From assembly GCA_965655095.1 (NCBI GenBank), contig OZ296651.1, forward strand, positions 25,296,001 through 25,360,000: DNA of 64,000 nt, given 5' to 3'. The stretch is from Haplodiscus bocki (taxonomy: Eukaryota). Of the stretch, positions 1-14,565 are shown in pieces (position 1 is the first letter of the stretch; each line of letters starts with the position of its first letter). A program made the position numbers and the translations under genes. The notes under the pieces were generated by a model, which saw nothing but the letters and a program-made list of their open reading frames with translations, was not told the origin of the DNA and searched no databases.

Positions 1-3000
1 AACGTTTACCTAATTATTATTTTTGATTGACGCTCTACAAATTGAAAATCTTTATTAAGACTTCGATCAGACAGATGCAGCCGTTTGCTTTGTAAGAATT
101 TTACTGGATCATCGAATCAATTCATAGCCGTGTGCTATTTTTGACACCATTTGAACAGTACTGTTGCGATTTGAGGAAGCAAATGCTACAAATAACATTC
201 AAGTTTGCAAAAAGAAGTGACAGATTACTCGGGTAATAGGTTTTTGACTGAAATGCTGCGACCTTTTTTTGTGAAAAGCACCATTGATTTTCAGGAACAA
301 AAAGACTTCTTCCAAATTTCGGCTTTTGGGGTCACAAAGTTTTACGATGTCAAGATTTTTTCTTGGAAGAAGAGTATTGAAAAATACTTTGCAGTAAAAA
401 AAAGTTGACTGAAGCAGTCATAGAAGACATGGAGAGGTTGTTTTGAAAAATCGAGTCTGAAATCAAGAAGACTCAAACAAAAATGGAAATTTTAACAAAT
501 TCTTGGTATCATGTCTCCGGCCCGACCAACCATACCCAGAAAAAGACAGGCAAAAGGCATTGCAGAAATAAATTTCACGTCACCTGAGACTCTGATTGAA
601 GAAATGTAACCCGGGATCTGAAAAAAATTTAGGTTTGCATTTACCAAAAAAAAACAACTTTTTAGTTGGCGTCAATGGGCAAAGTCCATCTAAACAGTTT
701 GCTATGGCAGAGTCGACTTTTGAGACATTTCCAATGAAGGACAAATTAGGAAGGTGGGAATTGTCGATTGGGACCTTGACAGAAAACTTACAACAAAAAG
801 ATCAGTTCTACTACAAAAAGCACCATTTATATGCATAACTTTTAGCTTTAATGCCTAACTAACATTCGATGAAAGGATGAAAAAAAGTGATGGACTTCGA
901 AACATCTTGTCCGAAAGTCAAATATGTTGATGGAGACCTTGACGAGATATATCTTGAGAGGTTCTGTTTCGAGGGAAACCTACTTTGAAACTTAGAAAGA
1001 AGGAAACCATAATTCACATTCTGACTACTTTGACTCAACAAATTGTTGTTGCAAGGAACTGATTGTTATGATTGGAACATCCTAAATTCCAGTGGTAAAA
1101 AAAGTGTCGATTGAAATCGTGATGGACGAAACGCAGAGAGTATTTCTGGAAAGAAGAAGTCTCCAGTCTCGGGATAAAGACTCATTGCCTTTGTCCGCCA
1201 CTTCAGTCCTAGTATTTCCGATATATGAAACGTTTACCGAATTATTATTTTTGATTGACGCTCTACAATCTCAAAATCTTCATTAAGACTTCGATATGAC
1301 AGATGCAGCCGTTTGCTTTGTAAGAATTGTACTGGATCATCGAATCAATTCATAGCCGTGTGCTATTTTTGACACCGTTTGAACAGTACTGTTGCGATTT
1401 GAGGAAGCAAATGCTACAAATAACACTCAGGTTTGCAAAAACAAGTGACAGCTTACTCGGGTAATAGGCTTTTGACTGAAATGCTGCGACCTTTTTTTGT
1501 GAAAAGCACCATTGATTTTCATGAACAAAAAGACTTCTTCCACCTTTCGGCTTTTGGGGTCACAATGTTTTACGATGTCAAGATTTTTTCTCGGAAGAAG
1601 AGTACTGAAAAATACTTTGCAGTAAAAAAAAAGTTGACTGATGCAGTCATAGAAGACATGGAGAGGTTGTTTTGAAAAATCGAGTCTGAAATCAAGAAGA
1701 CTCAAACAAAATTGGAAACTTTAACAAATTTTTGGTATCAAGTCTCCGGTCCGACCAACCATACCCAGAAAAAGACAGGCAAAAGGCATTGCAAAAATAA
1801 ATGTCACGTCACCTGAGACTCTGATTGAAGAAATATAACCCGGGATCTGAAAAAAATTTAGGTTTGCATTTACCGAAAAAAAACAACTTTTTAGTTGGCG
1901 TCAATGGGCAAAGTCCATCTAAACAGTTTGATATGGCAGAGTCGACTTTTGAGACATTTCCAATGAAGGACAAATTAGGAAGATGGGAATTCTCGATTGG
2001 GGCCTTGACAGAAAACTTACAACAACAAGATCAGTTCTACTACAAAGAAGCACCATTTATATGCATAACTTTTAGCTTTCATGCCTATCTAACATTCGAT
2101 GAAAGGATGAAAAAAAGTGATGGACTTCGAAACATCTTGTCCGAAAGTCAAATATGTTGATGGAGACCTTGACGAGAGATATCTTGAGAGGTTCTGTTTC
2201 GAGGGAAACCTACTTTGAAACTTAGAAAGAAGGAAACCATAATTCACATTCTGACTACTTTGACTCAACAAATTGTTGTTGCAAGGAACTGATTGTTATG
2301 ATTGGAACATCCTAAATTCCAGTGGTAAAAAAAGTGTCGATTGAAATCGTGATGGACGAAACGCAGAGAGTAGTTCTGGAAAGAAGAAGTCTACATTCTC
2401 GGGATAAAGACTCATTGCCTTTGTCCGCCACTTCAGTCCTAGTATTTCCGATATATGAAACGTTTACCGAATTATTGTTTTTGATTGACGCTCTACAATT
2501 TCAAAATCTTCATTAAGACTTCGATATGACCAGTGCAGCTGTTTGCTTTGTAAGAATTGAACTGGATCATCGAATCAATTCATAGCCGTGTGCTTTTCTT
2601 GACACCTTCTGAACAGTAGTGTTGCGATTTGAGGAAGCAAATGCTACAAATAACATTCAGGTTTCGAAGAGAAAAGACAGTGTACTCGGGTAATAGGTTT
2701 TTGACTCAAATGCAGCCACCTCTTTTTGTGAAAAGCACCCTTGATTTTCAGGAACAAAAAGACTTCTTCCACCTTTCGGCTTTTGGGGTCAGAAAGTTTT
2801 ACGATGTCAAGATTTTCTCTTGGAAGAAGTGTATTGGAAATTGTTCTACATTTAAAAAAATGTTGACTGAGACAGTCATAGAAGACATGGAGAAGCTATT
2901 TTGAAAAAGCGAGTCTGAAATCAAGAAGATTAAAAAAATTGCAATTTTTACAATTTCTTGGCATGATGTCTCCAGTCCGAGCAACCAAACGCAGAAAAAG

Positions 3001-5531
3001 ACAGGCAAAGAGCATTGCAGAAATAAAGGTAACGTCACCCGAGACTCTGATTGAAGAAATGTAACCCGGGATATGAAAGAATTTAGGTTTGCATTTACCG
3101 ACAAAACAACTTTTTACTTGGCGTCAATGGGCAAAGTCCACCTAAGTAGTTCGCTATGGCAAAGTCGACTTTTGAGACGTTTCCAATGAAGGACATTTTG
3201 GGAACAAGGCAATTGTCAATTAACGGACATTGACAGAAAATTTAAAACAAATTGATCAGTTCTACTACAAAGAAGCACCATTTATATGCATAACTTTTAG
3301 CTTTCATGCCTATCTAACATTCGATGGACGGATGGAAAAAATTGATGGATTTTGAAACGACTTGTCCGAAAGTCAATTATGTTGATTGAGAACTTGACCA
3401 GAGATATCCTGAGAGGTTCTGTTTTGAGGGAAACCTAGTTTGAAACTTAGAAAGAAGGAAACCATAATTCACCTTCTGACTAGTTTGAATCGACAAATTG
3501 TTGTTACAAAAACTGATTGCTATGTTTGGAACTTCCTAACTTTTTGTGATAAAAAAACGTCGATTGAAACCCTGATGCCCTGATGGACCAAATGAAGACA
3601 GTAGATCCGGAAAGAAAAAAGTCTCCATTCTCGGGATAAAAATTCATTGCCTTTGTCCGCCATTTCAGTCCTAATATTTCCGATGTATGAAACGTTTACC
3701 GAATTATTATTTTTGATTGACGCTCTACAAATTGAAAATCTTTATTAAGACTTCGATATGACAGATGCAGCCGTTTGCTTTGTAAGAATTGTACTGGATC
3801 ATCGAATCAATTCATAGCCGTGTGCTATTTTTGACACCGTTTGAACAGTACTGTTGCGATTTGAGGAAGCAAATGCTACAAATAACATTCAGGTTTGCAA
3901 AAAGAAGTGACAGATTACTCGGGTAATAGGTTTTTGACTGAAATGCTGCGACCTTTTTTTTATGAAAAGCACCATTGATTTTCAGGAACAAAAAGAATTC
4001 TTCCACCTTTCGGCTTTTGGGGTCACAAAGTTTTTCGATGTCAAGATTTTTTCTTGGAAGAAGAGTATTGAAAAACACTTTGAAGTAAAAAAAAGTTGAC
4101 TGAGGCAGTCATAGAAGACATGGAGAGGTTGTTTTGAAAAATCGACTCTGAAATCAAGAAGACTCAAACAAAATTGGAAACTTTAACAAATTCTTGGTAC
4201 CATATTTCCAGTTCGACAAACCAAACCCAGATTATTGCAGGCAAAATGCATTGTAGAAATAAATGTAACGTCACCTGAGACTCTGATTGAAGAAATATAA
4301 CCCGGGATCTGAAAAAAATTTAGGTTTGCATTTACCGAAAAAAAACAACTTTTTAGTTGGCGTCAATGGGCAAAGTCCATCTAAACAGTTTGCTATGGCA
4401 GAGTCGACTTTTGAGACTTTTCCAATGATGGACAGAAGGACAATCTGGGAAGATGGCAAATGTCGATTGGGAACTTGATAGAAAACTTACAACAATATGA
4501 TCAGTTCTACTACAAAGAAGCACCATTTATATGCATAAATTTCAGCATTCATGCCTCTCTAACATTCGATAGACGGATGAAAAAAAAGTGATGGATTTTG
4601 AAATATCTTGTTCAAAGTCAAATATGTTCATTGAGAACTTTATGGGAGATATCTTGAGAGATTCTGTTTCGAGGGAAACCTAGTTTGAAACTTAAAAAGA
4701 AGGAGACCATAATTCACCTTCTGACTACTTCGACTCAACAAATTGTTTTTGCAAGGAACTGATTGGTGTGTTTGGAACTTCCTCATTTCCCGTGATATTA
4801 AAATTGTCGAATGAAACAATGTGCCTTGATGGACGAAATGCAGACAGTAGTTCCGGAAAGAAAAAGGCTGCATTCTCGGGATAAAAATTCATTGCCCTTG
4901 TCCGTCATTTCGGTCCTAATGTTTCCGATATAGGAAACGTTCACCGTTTCTTTTATTTTGACTGATGCTCTAGTTTTTCGAGATCTCGGTTAATACCTCA
5001 CTTTGATAGATTCAGCCGTATGTTTTGTAAGAAATGAACTCGATCATCGAAACAATTCTTAGCGGTGTGCTAGTCTTGACACTTTTCGAACAATAGAGAT
5101 GCGATGTGAGGAAGCAAATGCAACAAAAATCCTTGGAGAAGGCAGAGAGAAATGATAGTAAAATCAAGTAATACCCTGATGATTGAAATGTGGCCGCCTA
5201 TTTTTGTGAAAAGCACAATTGATTTTTAGGAACGAAAAGACTTCTTCCACGTTGTGGCTTTTTGGGTCAGATATTTTTACGTTGTCAAGATTTTTTCTTC
5301 GAGGAAGAGTGTTGAAAATTGTTTTGCAGTAAAAAATTGTTGACTGAGACAGTCATAGAAGACATGGAGAGGTGATTTTGAAAAAGCGAGTCTGAACTCA
5401 AGAAGACTCAAACAAAATTTGAAATTCTAACAAATTCTTGGTATCATGTCTCCGGTCCGACCAACCAAACCCAGAAAAACACAGGCAAAGAGCATTGCAG
5501 AAGTCTTTTGAAATATCAACTGAGACTCTAA

Positions 5532-7147
5532 TTGAAGAAATGTAACCCGGGATCTGAATGAATATATGTTTCCAGTTACCTAAAAAAAGAACTTTCTTGT
5601 GTCCGTTAACTCGCTAAGTCCATCCAAACAATTTGCTGAGGCAGAGTCGACTTCTGAGACATTTCCAATGAAAGACATTTTGGGAAGTTGGCAGTTGTTG
5701 ATCGGGACCTTGACAGAAAAGCTTAAACTGGTAGGTTTGAGTGAAGCTAAATCTGGTTACCGAGGTTGATCACACGTACAAAGGGCTTTTGCTAAATTCC
5801 GACCAATAAGTTGCTATTAGAACAGCCAAATCACAAAAAAAATCAAATGAACACGTTTCTTAAAGAAGAAATTATTCGAGTGAGAGGTTGATTAATGAAA
5901 ATCAGTAGTTAGTTCTGAGCAAGAATTTGGTTTCTTTTTCGTATAATTTCACCGAGAACTATACACAGATAAATTAGTCCTCTGAGCCTTGGTGGAATAA
6001 GTTTGGTCGGTAGTTCTGCACACATGTGTTTGGGAAACTGAATAGAACCAAGTGCAAGTGCAATATTGATTTGAAATTCTTCGCCAATCAAAATTTGGCT
6101 GTGAGCAATAAAGTTGAAAGTTTCTCTCTCGAGAAGTTTTGAAGAAATTAAAACGTTTCAGTTAACGTCCTGAGAAAAAAATCCAGACTGAAGAAGTGCA
6201 AACTGACCAATTCTAATACAAAAAGCACCATTTGTAAACTTAACTTTTAGCATTCACGCCTATCAAACATTGGATGAACCGATGAAAAAAAAATGTGGAT
6301 TTTGAATCATCTGGCCCAAAGACAAGTCTGTTGATTGAGACTTTGACGGCAGATATCCTGAGGGTTTCTGCTTGGAGGGAAACCTAGTTTGAAATTCAAA
6401 GGGAAGGAAACCAAAATTCACATTGTGACTACTTTCAATCGACAAGTTGTTGTTGCAAGGATCTATTTGTTATGTTTGGATTTTCCGAAATTCCCGTGAA
6501 TAAAAAAGTGTCGATTGAAATCGTGATGGACGAAACGCAGAGAGTAGTTCTGGAAAAAAGTGTTCCATTCTCGGGAAATAACGCTCTACAATTTCAAAAA
6601 TCTCGATTAAGACTTCGATATGACAGATGCAGCCGTTTGCTTTGTAAGAATTGTACTGGATCATCGAATCAATTCATAGCCGTGTGCTATTTTTGACACC
6701 GTTTGAACAGTACTGTTGCGATTTGGGGAAGCAAATGCTACAAATAACATTCAGGTTTGCAAAAAGAAGTGACAGATTACTCGGGTAATAGGTTTTTGAC
6801 TGAAATGCTGCGACCTATTTTTGTGAAAAGCACCATTGATTTTCAGGAACAAAAAGACTTCTTCCACCTTTCGACATTTGGTGTCAGAAAGTTTTACGAT
6901 GTCAAGATTTTTTCTTGGAAGAAGAGTATTGAAAATTGATTTGCAGTTAAAAAATGTTGACTGAGACAGTCATAGAAGACATGGAGAGGTTATTTTGAAA
7001 AAGCGAGTCTGAAATCAAGAACATTCAAACAAAATTGGAAACTTTAACAATTTCTTGGTATCATATCTCCGGTCCGACAAACCAAATCCAGAAAAAGACA
7101 GGCAAAACGCATTGCAGAAATAAATGTCAAGTCACCTGAGACTCTGA
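5532..7147 (+). repeat. 1616-bp monomer: retains the 470-bp segment but has a ~79-bp deletion at ~6577
   Basis: ctcgggaaataacgctctac at 6570-6589 lacks the sequence equivalent to 1175-1253. Confidence 0.88.
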
Positions 7148-10100
7148 TTGAAGAAATATAACCCGGGATCTGAAAAAAATTTAGGTTTGCATTTACCGAA
7201 AAAAAACAACTTTTTAGTTGGCGTCAATGGGCAAAGTCCATCTAAACAGTTTGATATGGCAGAGTCGACTTTTGAGACATTTCCAATGAAGGACAAATTA
7301 GGAAGATGGGAATTCTCGATTGGGGCCTTGACAGAAAACTTACAACAACAAGATCAGTTCTACTACAAAGAAGCACCATTTATATGCATAACTTTTAGCT
7401 TTCATGCCTATCTAACATTCGATGAAAGGATGAAAAAAAGTGATGGACTTCGAAACATCTTGTCCGAAAGTCAAATATGTTGATGGAGACCTTGACGAGA
7501 GATATCTTGAGAGGTTCTGTTTTGAGGGAAACCTAGTTTGAAACTTAGAAAGAAGGAAAACAAAATTCACCTTCTGACTACTTTGACTCAACAAATTGTT
7601 GTTTCTAGGAACTGATTGTTATGTTTGGAACTTCCTGAATTCCCGTGATAGAAAAACGTCGATTGAAACCCTGATGCCCTGATGGACGAATTGCAGACAG
7701 TAGTTCCGGAAAGAAAAAGGCTCCATTCTCGCGATGAAAGTTCATTGCCCCTGCCCGTCATTTCGGTCTTAATGTTTCCGATGTAGGAAACGTTCACCGT
7801 TTTTTTTTATTTTGACTGATGCTCTAGTTTTTCGAGATATAGGTTAATACCTCAATGTGATAGATTCAGCCGTATATTTTGTAAGAAATGAACTCGATTA
7901 TCGAAACAATTCTTAGCGGTGTGCTAGTCTTGACACTTTTCGAACAGTAGAGTTGCGATATGAGGAAGCAAATGCAACAAAAATCCTTCGCGAATGCAGA
8001 GAAAAGTGATGGTAAAATCGAGTAATACCTTCATGGTTGGAATGTGGCCACCTATTTTTGTGAAAAGCACAATTGATTTTTAGGAACAAAAAGACTTCTT
8101 CCACGTTGTGGCTTTTTGGGTCAGATTTTTTTACGTTGTCAAGATTTTTTCTCGGAAGAAGAGTATTGAAAATTGTTTTGCAGTAAAAAATTGTTGACTG
8201 AGACAGTCATAGAAGACATGGAGAGGTGATTTTGAAAAAGCGAGTCTGAAATCAAGAAGACTCAAACAAAATTTGAAATTCTAACAAATTCTTGGTATCA
8301 TGTCTCCGGTCCGACCAACCAAACCCAGAAAGAAACAGGCAAAGAGCATTGCAGAAGTCTTTTAAAATTTCAACTGAGACTCTAATTGAAGAAATGTAAC
8401 CCGGGATCTGAATGAATTTATGTTTCCAGTTACCTAAAAAAAAAGAACTTTCTTGTGTCCGTTAACTCGCTAAGTCCATCCAAACAGTTTGCTATGGCAG
8501 AGTCGACTTTTGCGACATTTCTAATGAAGCACAATTTGGGAAGATGGCAATTGTCGATTGGGACCTTGACAGAAAGTTTACAACAAAATGATCAGTTCTA
8601 CTACAAAGAAGCACCATTTGTAGACATAACTTTTAGCATGCATGAATATCTAACATTCGATAGACGGATGAAAAAGAAGTGATGGATTTTGAAATATCTT
8701 GTTCAAAGTCAAATATGTTCATTGAGAACTCCATGGGAGATATCTTGAGAGGTTCTGTTTTGAGGGAAACCTAGTTTGAAACTTAGAAAGAAGGAAAACA
8801 AAATTCACCTTCTGACTAATTTGACTCAACAAATTGTTGTTGCTAGGAACTGATTGTTATGTTTGGAACTTCCTGAATTCCCGTGATAGAAAAACGTCGA
8901 TTGAAACCCTGATGCCCTGATGGACGAATTGCAGACAGTAGTTCCGGAAAGAAAAAGGCTCCATTGTCGCGATGAAAATTCATTGCCCCTGCCCGTCATT
9001 TCGGTCCTAATGTTTCCGATGTAGGAAACGTTCACCGTTTTTTTTATTTTGACTGATGCTCTAGTTTTTCGAGATCTAGGTTAATACCTCAATGTGATAG
9101 ATTCAGCCGTATATTTTGCAAGAAATGAACTCGATCATCGAAACAATTCTTAGCGGTGTGCTAGTCTTGACACTTTTCGAACAGTAGAGTTGCGATATGA
9201 GGAAGCAAATGCAACAAAAATCCTTGGCGAATGCGGAGAAAAGTGATGGTAAAATCGAGTAATACCTTCATGGTTGAAATGTGGCCACCTATTTTTGTGA
9301 AAAGCACAATTGATTTTTAGGAACAAAAAGACTTCTTCCACGTTTTGGCTTTTTGGGTCAGATATTTTTACGTTGTCAAGATTTTTTCTTGGAAAAAGAG
9401 TATTGAAAGTTGTTTTGCAGTAAAAAATTGTTGACTGAGACAGTCATAGAAGACATGGAGAGGTGGTTTTGAAAAAGTGAGTCTGAAATCAAGAAGACTC
9501 AAACAAAATTTGAAATTCTAACAAATTCTTGGTATCATGTCTCCGGTCCCACCAACCAAACCCAGAAAGAAACAGGCAAAGAGCATTGCAGAAGTCTTTT
9601 AAAATTTCAACTGAGACTCTAATTGAAGAAATGTAACCCGGGATCTGAATGAATTTATGTTTCCAGTTACCTAAAAAAAGAACTTTCTTGTGTCCGTTAA
9701 CTCGCTAAGTCCATCCAAACAGTTTGCTATGGCAGAGTCGACTTTTGCGACATTTCTAATGAAGCACATTTTGGGAAGATGGCAATTGTCGATTGGGACC
9801 TTGACAGAAAGTTTACAACAAAATGACCAGTTCTACTACAAAGAAGCACCATTTGTATGCATAACTTTTAGCTTTCATGCTTATCTAACATTCGATGAAA
9901 TCATGATAAAAAGTGATGGATTTTGAAATATCTTGTTCAAAGTCAAATATGTTCATTGAGAACTCCATGGGAGATATCCTGAGAGGTTCTGTTTTGAGGA
10001 AACCTAGTTTGAAACTTAGAAAGAAGGAAACCATAATTCACCTTCTGACTACTTTGACTCAACAAATTGTTGTTGCAAGGAACTGATTGTTATGTTTGGA

Positions 10101-13100
10101 ACTTCCTGAACTCCCGTGATAAAAAAACGTCGATTAAAACCCTTATGCCCTGATGGCCGAAAGGCAGACAGTTGTTCCGGAAAGAAAGAGGCTCCATTCT
10201 CGCGATAAAAATTCAATGCCCTTGTACGTGAATTCGGTCCTAAGGTTTCCGATGTAGGAAACGTTCACCGTTTTTTTTATTTTGACTGATGCTCTAGTTT
10301 TTAGATATTTCGGTTAATACCTCAATTTGATAGATTCAGGCGTATATTTTGTGAGAAATGAACTCGATCATCGAAACAATTCTTAGCGGTGTGCTAGTCT
10401 TGACACTTTTCGAACAGTACAGTTGCGATATGAGGAAGCAAATGCAACAAAAATCCTTGGCGAATGCAGAGAAAAGTGATAGTAAAATCGAGTAATACCT
10501 TGATGGTTGAAATGTGGCCACCTATTTTTGTGAAAAGCACAATTGATTTTTAGGAACAAAAAGACTTCTTCCACGTTTTGGCTTTTTGGGTCAGATATTT
10601 TTACGTTGTCAAGATTTTTTCTTGGAAGAAGAGTTTTGAAAATTGATTTGCAGTTAAAAAATGTTGACTGAGACAGTCATAGAAGACACGGAGAAATTTT
10701 TTTGAAAAAGCGATTCTGAAATCAAGAACATTCAAACAAAAGTGGAAACTTTAACAATTTCTTGGTATCATATCTCCGCTCCGACAAACCAAATCCAGAA
10801 AAAGACAGGCAAAACGCATTGCAGAAAAAAATGTCAAGTCACCTGAGACTCTGATTGAAGAAATGTAACCCAGGATCTGAAAAAATTTAGGTTTGCCTTT
10901 ACCGAAAAAAAACCACTTTTTAGTCGGCGTCAATGGGCAAAGTCCATTTAAACAGTTTGCTATGGCAGAGTCGACTTTTGCGACATTTCCAATGAAGGAC
11001 AAATTAGGAAATTGGGAATTGTCGATTGGGACCTTGACAGAAAACTTACAACAAAATGATCAGTTCTACTACAAAGAAGCACCATTTGTATGCATAACTT
11101 TTAGCATTCATGAATATCTAACATTCGATAGACGGATGAAAAAGAAGTGATGGATTTTGAAATATCTTGTTCAAAGTCAAATATGTTCATTGAAAACTCC
11201 ATGGGAGATATCTTGAGAGGTTCTGTTTTGAGGGAAACCTAGTTTCTAACTTAGAAAGAAGGAAAACATAATTCACCTTCTGACTACTTGGACTCAACAA
11301 ATTGTTGTTGCTTTGAACTGATTGTTATGTTTGGATTTTCCTGAATTCCCGTGATAGAAAAACGGCGATTGAAACCCTGATGCCCTGATGGACGAATTGC
11401 AGACAGTAGTTCCGGAAAGAAAAAGGCTCCATTTTCGCGATGAAAATTCATTGCCCTTGCCCGTCATTTCGGTCCTAATGTTTCCGACGTAGGAAACGTT
11501 CACCGTTTTTTTTTCTTTTTGACTGATACTCTAGTTTTTCGAGATCTAGGTTAATACCTCAATGTGATAGATTCAGCCGTATATTTTGTGAGAAATGAAC
11601 TCGATCATCGAAACAATTCTCAGCGGTGTGCTAATCTTGACACATTTCGAACAGTAGAGTTGCGATATGAGGAAGCAAATACAACAAAAATCCTTGGCGA
11701 ATGCAGAGAAAAGTGATAGTAAAATCGAGTAATACCTTGATGGTTGAAATGTGGCCACCTATTTTTATGAAAAGCACAATTGATTTTTAGGAACAAAAAG
11801 ACTTCTTCGACGTTTTGGCTTTTTGGGTCAGATATTTTTACGTTGTCAAGATTTTTTCTTGGAAGAAGAGTATTGAAAATTGTTTTGCAGTAAAAAATTG
11901 TTGACTGAGACAGTCATAGAAGATATGGAGAGGTGATTTTGAAAAAGCAAGTCTGAAATCAAGAAGACTCAAACAAAATTTGAAATTTTAACAAATTCTT
12001 GGTATCATGTCTCCGGTACAACCAACCAAACCCAGAAAGAGACAGGCAAAGAGCATTGCAGAAGTCTTTTAAAATTTCAACTGAGACTCTAATTGAAGAA
12101 ATGTAACCCGGGATCTGAATGAATTTATGTTTCCAGTTACCTAAAAAAAAAGAACTTTCTTGTGTCTGTTAACTCGCTAAGTCCATCCAAACAGTTTGCT
12201 ATGGCAGAGTCGACTTTTGCGACATTTCTAATGAAGCACAATTTGGGAAGATGGCAATTGTCGATTGGGACCTTGACAGAAAATTTACAACAAAATGATC
12301 AGTTCCACTACAAAGAAGCACCATTTGTATGCATAACTTTTAGCATTCATGCCTATCTAACATTCGATAGACGGATGAAAAAAAAGTGATGGATTTTGAA
12401 ATATCTCGTTCAAAGTCAAATTTGTTCATTGAGAACTTCATGGGAGATATCCTGAGAGGTTCTGTTTTGAGGAAAACCTAGTTTGAAACTTAGAAAGAAG
12501 GAAACCATAGTTCACCTTCTGACTACTTTGACTCAACAAATTGTTGTTGCAAGGAACTGATTGTTATGTTTGGAACTTCCTGATTTCCCATGATTTTGAA
12601 AACATCGAATGAAACATTGTGCCCTGATGGACGAAATGCAGACAGTAGTTCCGGAAAGAAAAAGGCTCCATTCTCGCAATGAAAATTCATTGCCCTTGCC
12701 CGTCAATTCGGTCCTAATGTTTCCGATGTAGGAAACGTTCACCGTTTTTTTTTATTTTGACTGATGCTCTAGTTTTTCGAGATCTAGGTTAATACCTCAA
12801 TGTGATAGATTCAGCCGTATACTTTGTAAGAATTGAACTCGATCATCGAAACAATTCTTAGCGGTGTGCTAGTCCTGACACTCTTCTATCAGTAGATTTG
12901 CGATATGAGGAAGCAAATGCAACAAAAATCCTTGGAGAATGCAGAGAAAAGTGATAGTAAAATCGAGTAATACCTTGATGGTTGAAATGTGGCCACCTAT
13001 TTTTGTGAAAAGCACAATTGATTTTTAGGAACAAAAAGACTTCTTCGACGTTTTGGCTTTTTGGGTCAGATATTTTTACGTTGTCAAGATTTTTTCTTGG

Positions 13101-14565
13101 AAGAAGAGTATTGAAAATTGTTTTGCAGTAAAAAATTGTTGACTGAGACAGTCATAGAAGACATGGAGAGGTGATTTCGAAAAAGCGAGTCTGAAATCAA
13201 GAAGACTCGAACAAAATTTGAAATTCTAACAAATTCTTGGTATCATGTCTCCGGTCCGACCAACCAAACCCAGAAAGAGACAGGCAAAGAGCAAGGCAGA
13301 AGTCTTTTAAAATTTCAACTGAGACTCTGATTGAAGAAATGTAACCCGAGATCTGAATGAATTTATGTTTCCAGTTACCTAAAAAAAGAACTTTCTTGTT
13401 TCCGTTAACTCGCTAAGTCCATCCAAACAGTTTGCTATGGCAGAGTCGACTTTTGCGACATTTCTAATGAAGCACATTTTGGGAAGATGGCAATTGTCGA
13501 TTGGGACCTTGACAGAAAGTTTACAACAAAATGATCAGTTCTACTACAAAGAAGCACCATTTGTATGCATAACTTTTAGCATGCATGAATATCTAACATT
13601 CGGTAGACGGATGAAAAAGAAGTGATGGATTTTGAAATATCTTGTTCAAAGTCGAATATTTTCATTGAAAACTCCATGGGAGATATCTTGAGAGGTTCTG
13701 TTTTGAGGGAAACCTAGTTTGAAACTTAGAAAGAAGGAAACCATATTTCACCTTCTGACTACTTTGACTCAACAAATTGTTGTTGCAAGGAACTGATTGT
13801 TATGTTTGGAATTTCCTGAACTCCCGTGATAAAAAAACGTCGATTGAAACCCTTATGCCTTGATGGGCGAAATGCAGACAGTAGTTCCGGAAAGAAAAAG
13901 GCTCCATTCTCGCGATAAAAATTCATTGCCCTTGCCCGTCATTTCGGTTCTAATGTTTCCGATGTAGGAAACGTTCATCGTTTTTTCTATTTTGACTGAT
14001 GCTCTAGTTTTTCGAGATCTCTCATAATACCTCAATTTGATAGATTCAGCTGTATGTTTTGTAAGAAATGAACTCGATCATCGAAACAATTCTTAGCGGT
14101 GTGCTAGTCTTGACACATTTCGAACAGGAGAAACGCGATGTGAGGAAGCAAATGCAACAAATCTCATTGACGAATGCAGAGAGAAGTGATAGTAAAATCG
14201 AGTAATACCTTGATGATTGAAATGTGGCCACCTTTTTTTGTGAAAAGCACAATTGAGTTTTAGGAACGAAAAGACTTCTTCCACGTTTTGGCTTTTTGGG
14301 TCAGATATTTTTACGTTGTCAAGATTTTTTCTTGGAAGAAGAGTATTGAAAATTGTTTTGCAGTAAAAAATTGTTGACTGAGACAGTCATAGAAGACATG
14401 GAGAGGTGATTTTGAAAAAGTTAGTCTGAAATCAAGAAGACTCAAACAAAATTTGAAATTTTAACAAATTCTTGGTATCATGTCTCCGGTACAACCAACC
14501 AAACCCAGAAAGAGACAGGCAAAGAGCATTGCAGAAGTCTTTTAAAATTTCAACTGAGACTCTAA

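Noticed and set aside
645-665. Variable A/T homopolymers as programmed frameshift or phase-variation sites
   Set aside because: There is no demonstrated ORF to switch. Slippage or long-read consensus error explains the 1-2 bp differences.
4427-4442. 8-bp duplication gatggaca/gaaggaca
   Set aside because: A single-copy slippage event with no wider pattern.
9128-9172. Helitron head-to-tail junction (ctag|tc downstream of the tcgatcatcga palindrome)
   Set aside because: CTAG is not conserved across subfamilies, and the hairpin is too weak and misplaced. There are no Rep/helicase remnants, TIRs, LTRs or target-site duplications.
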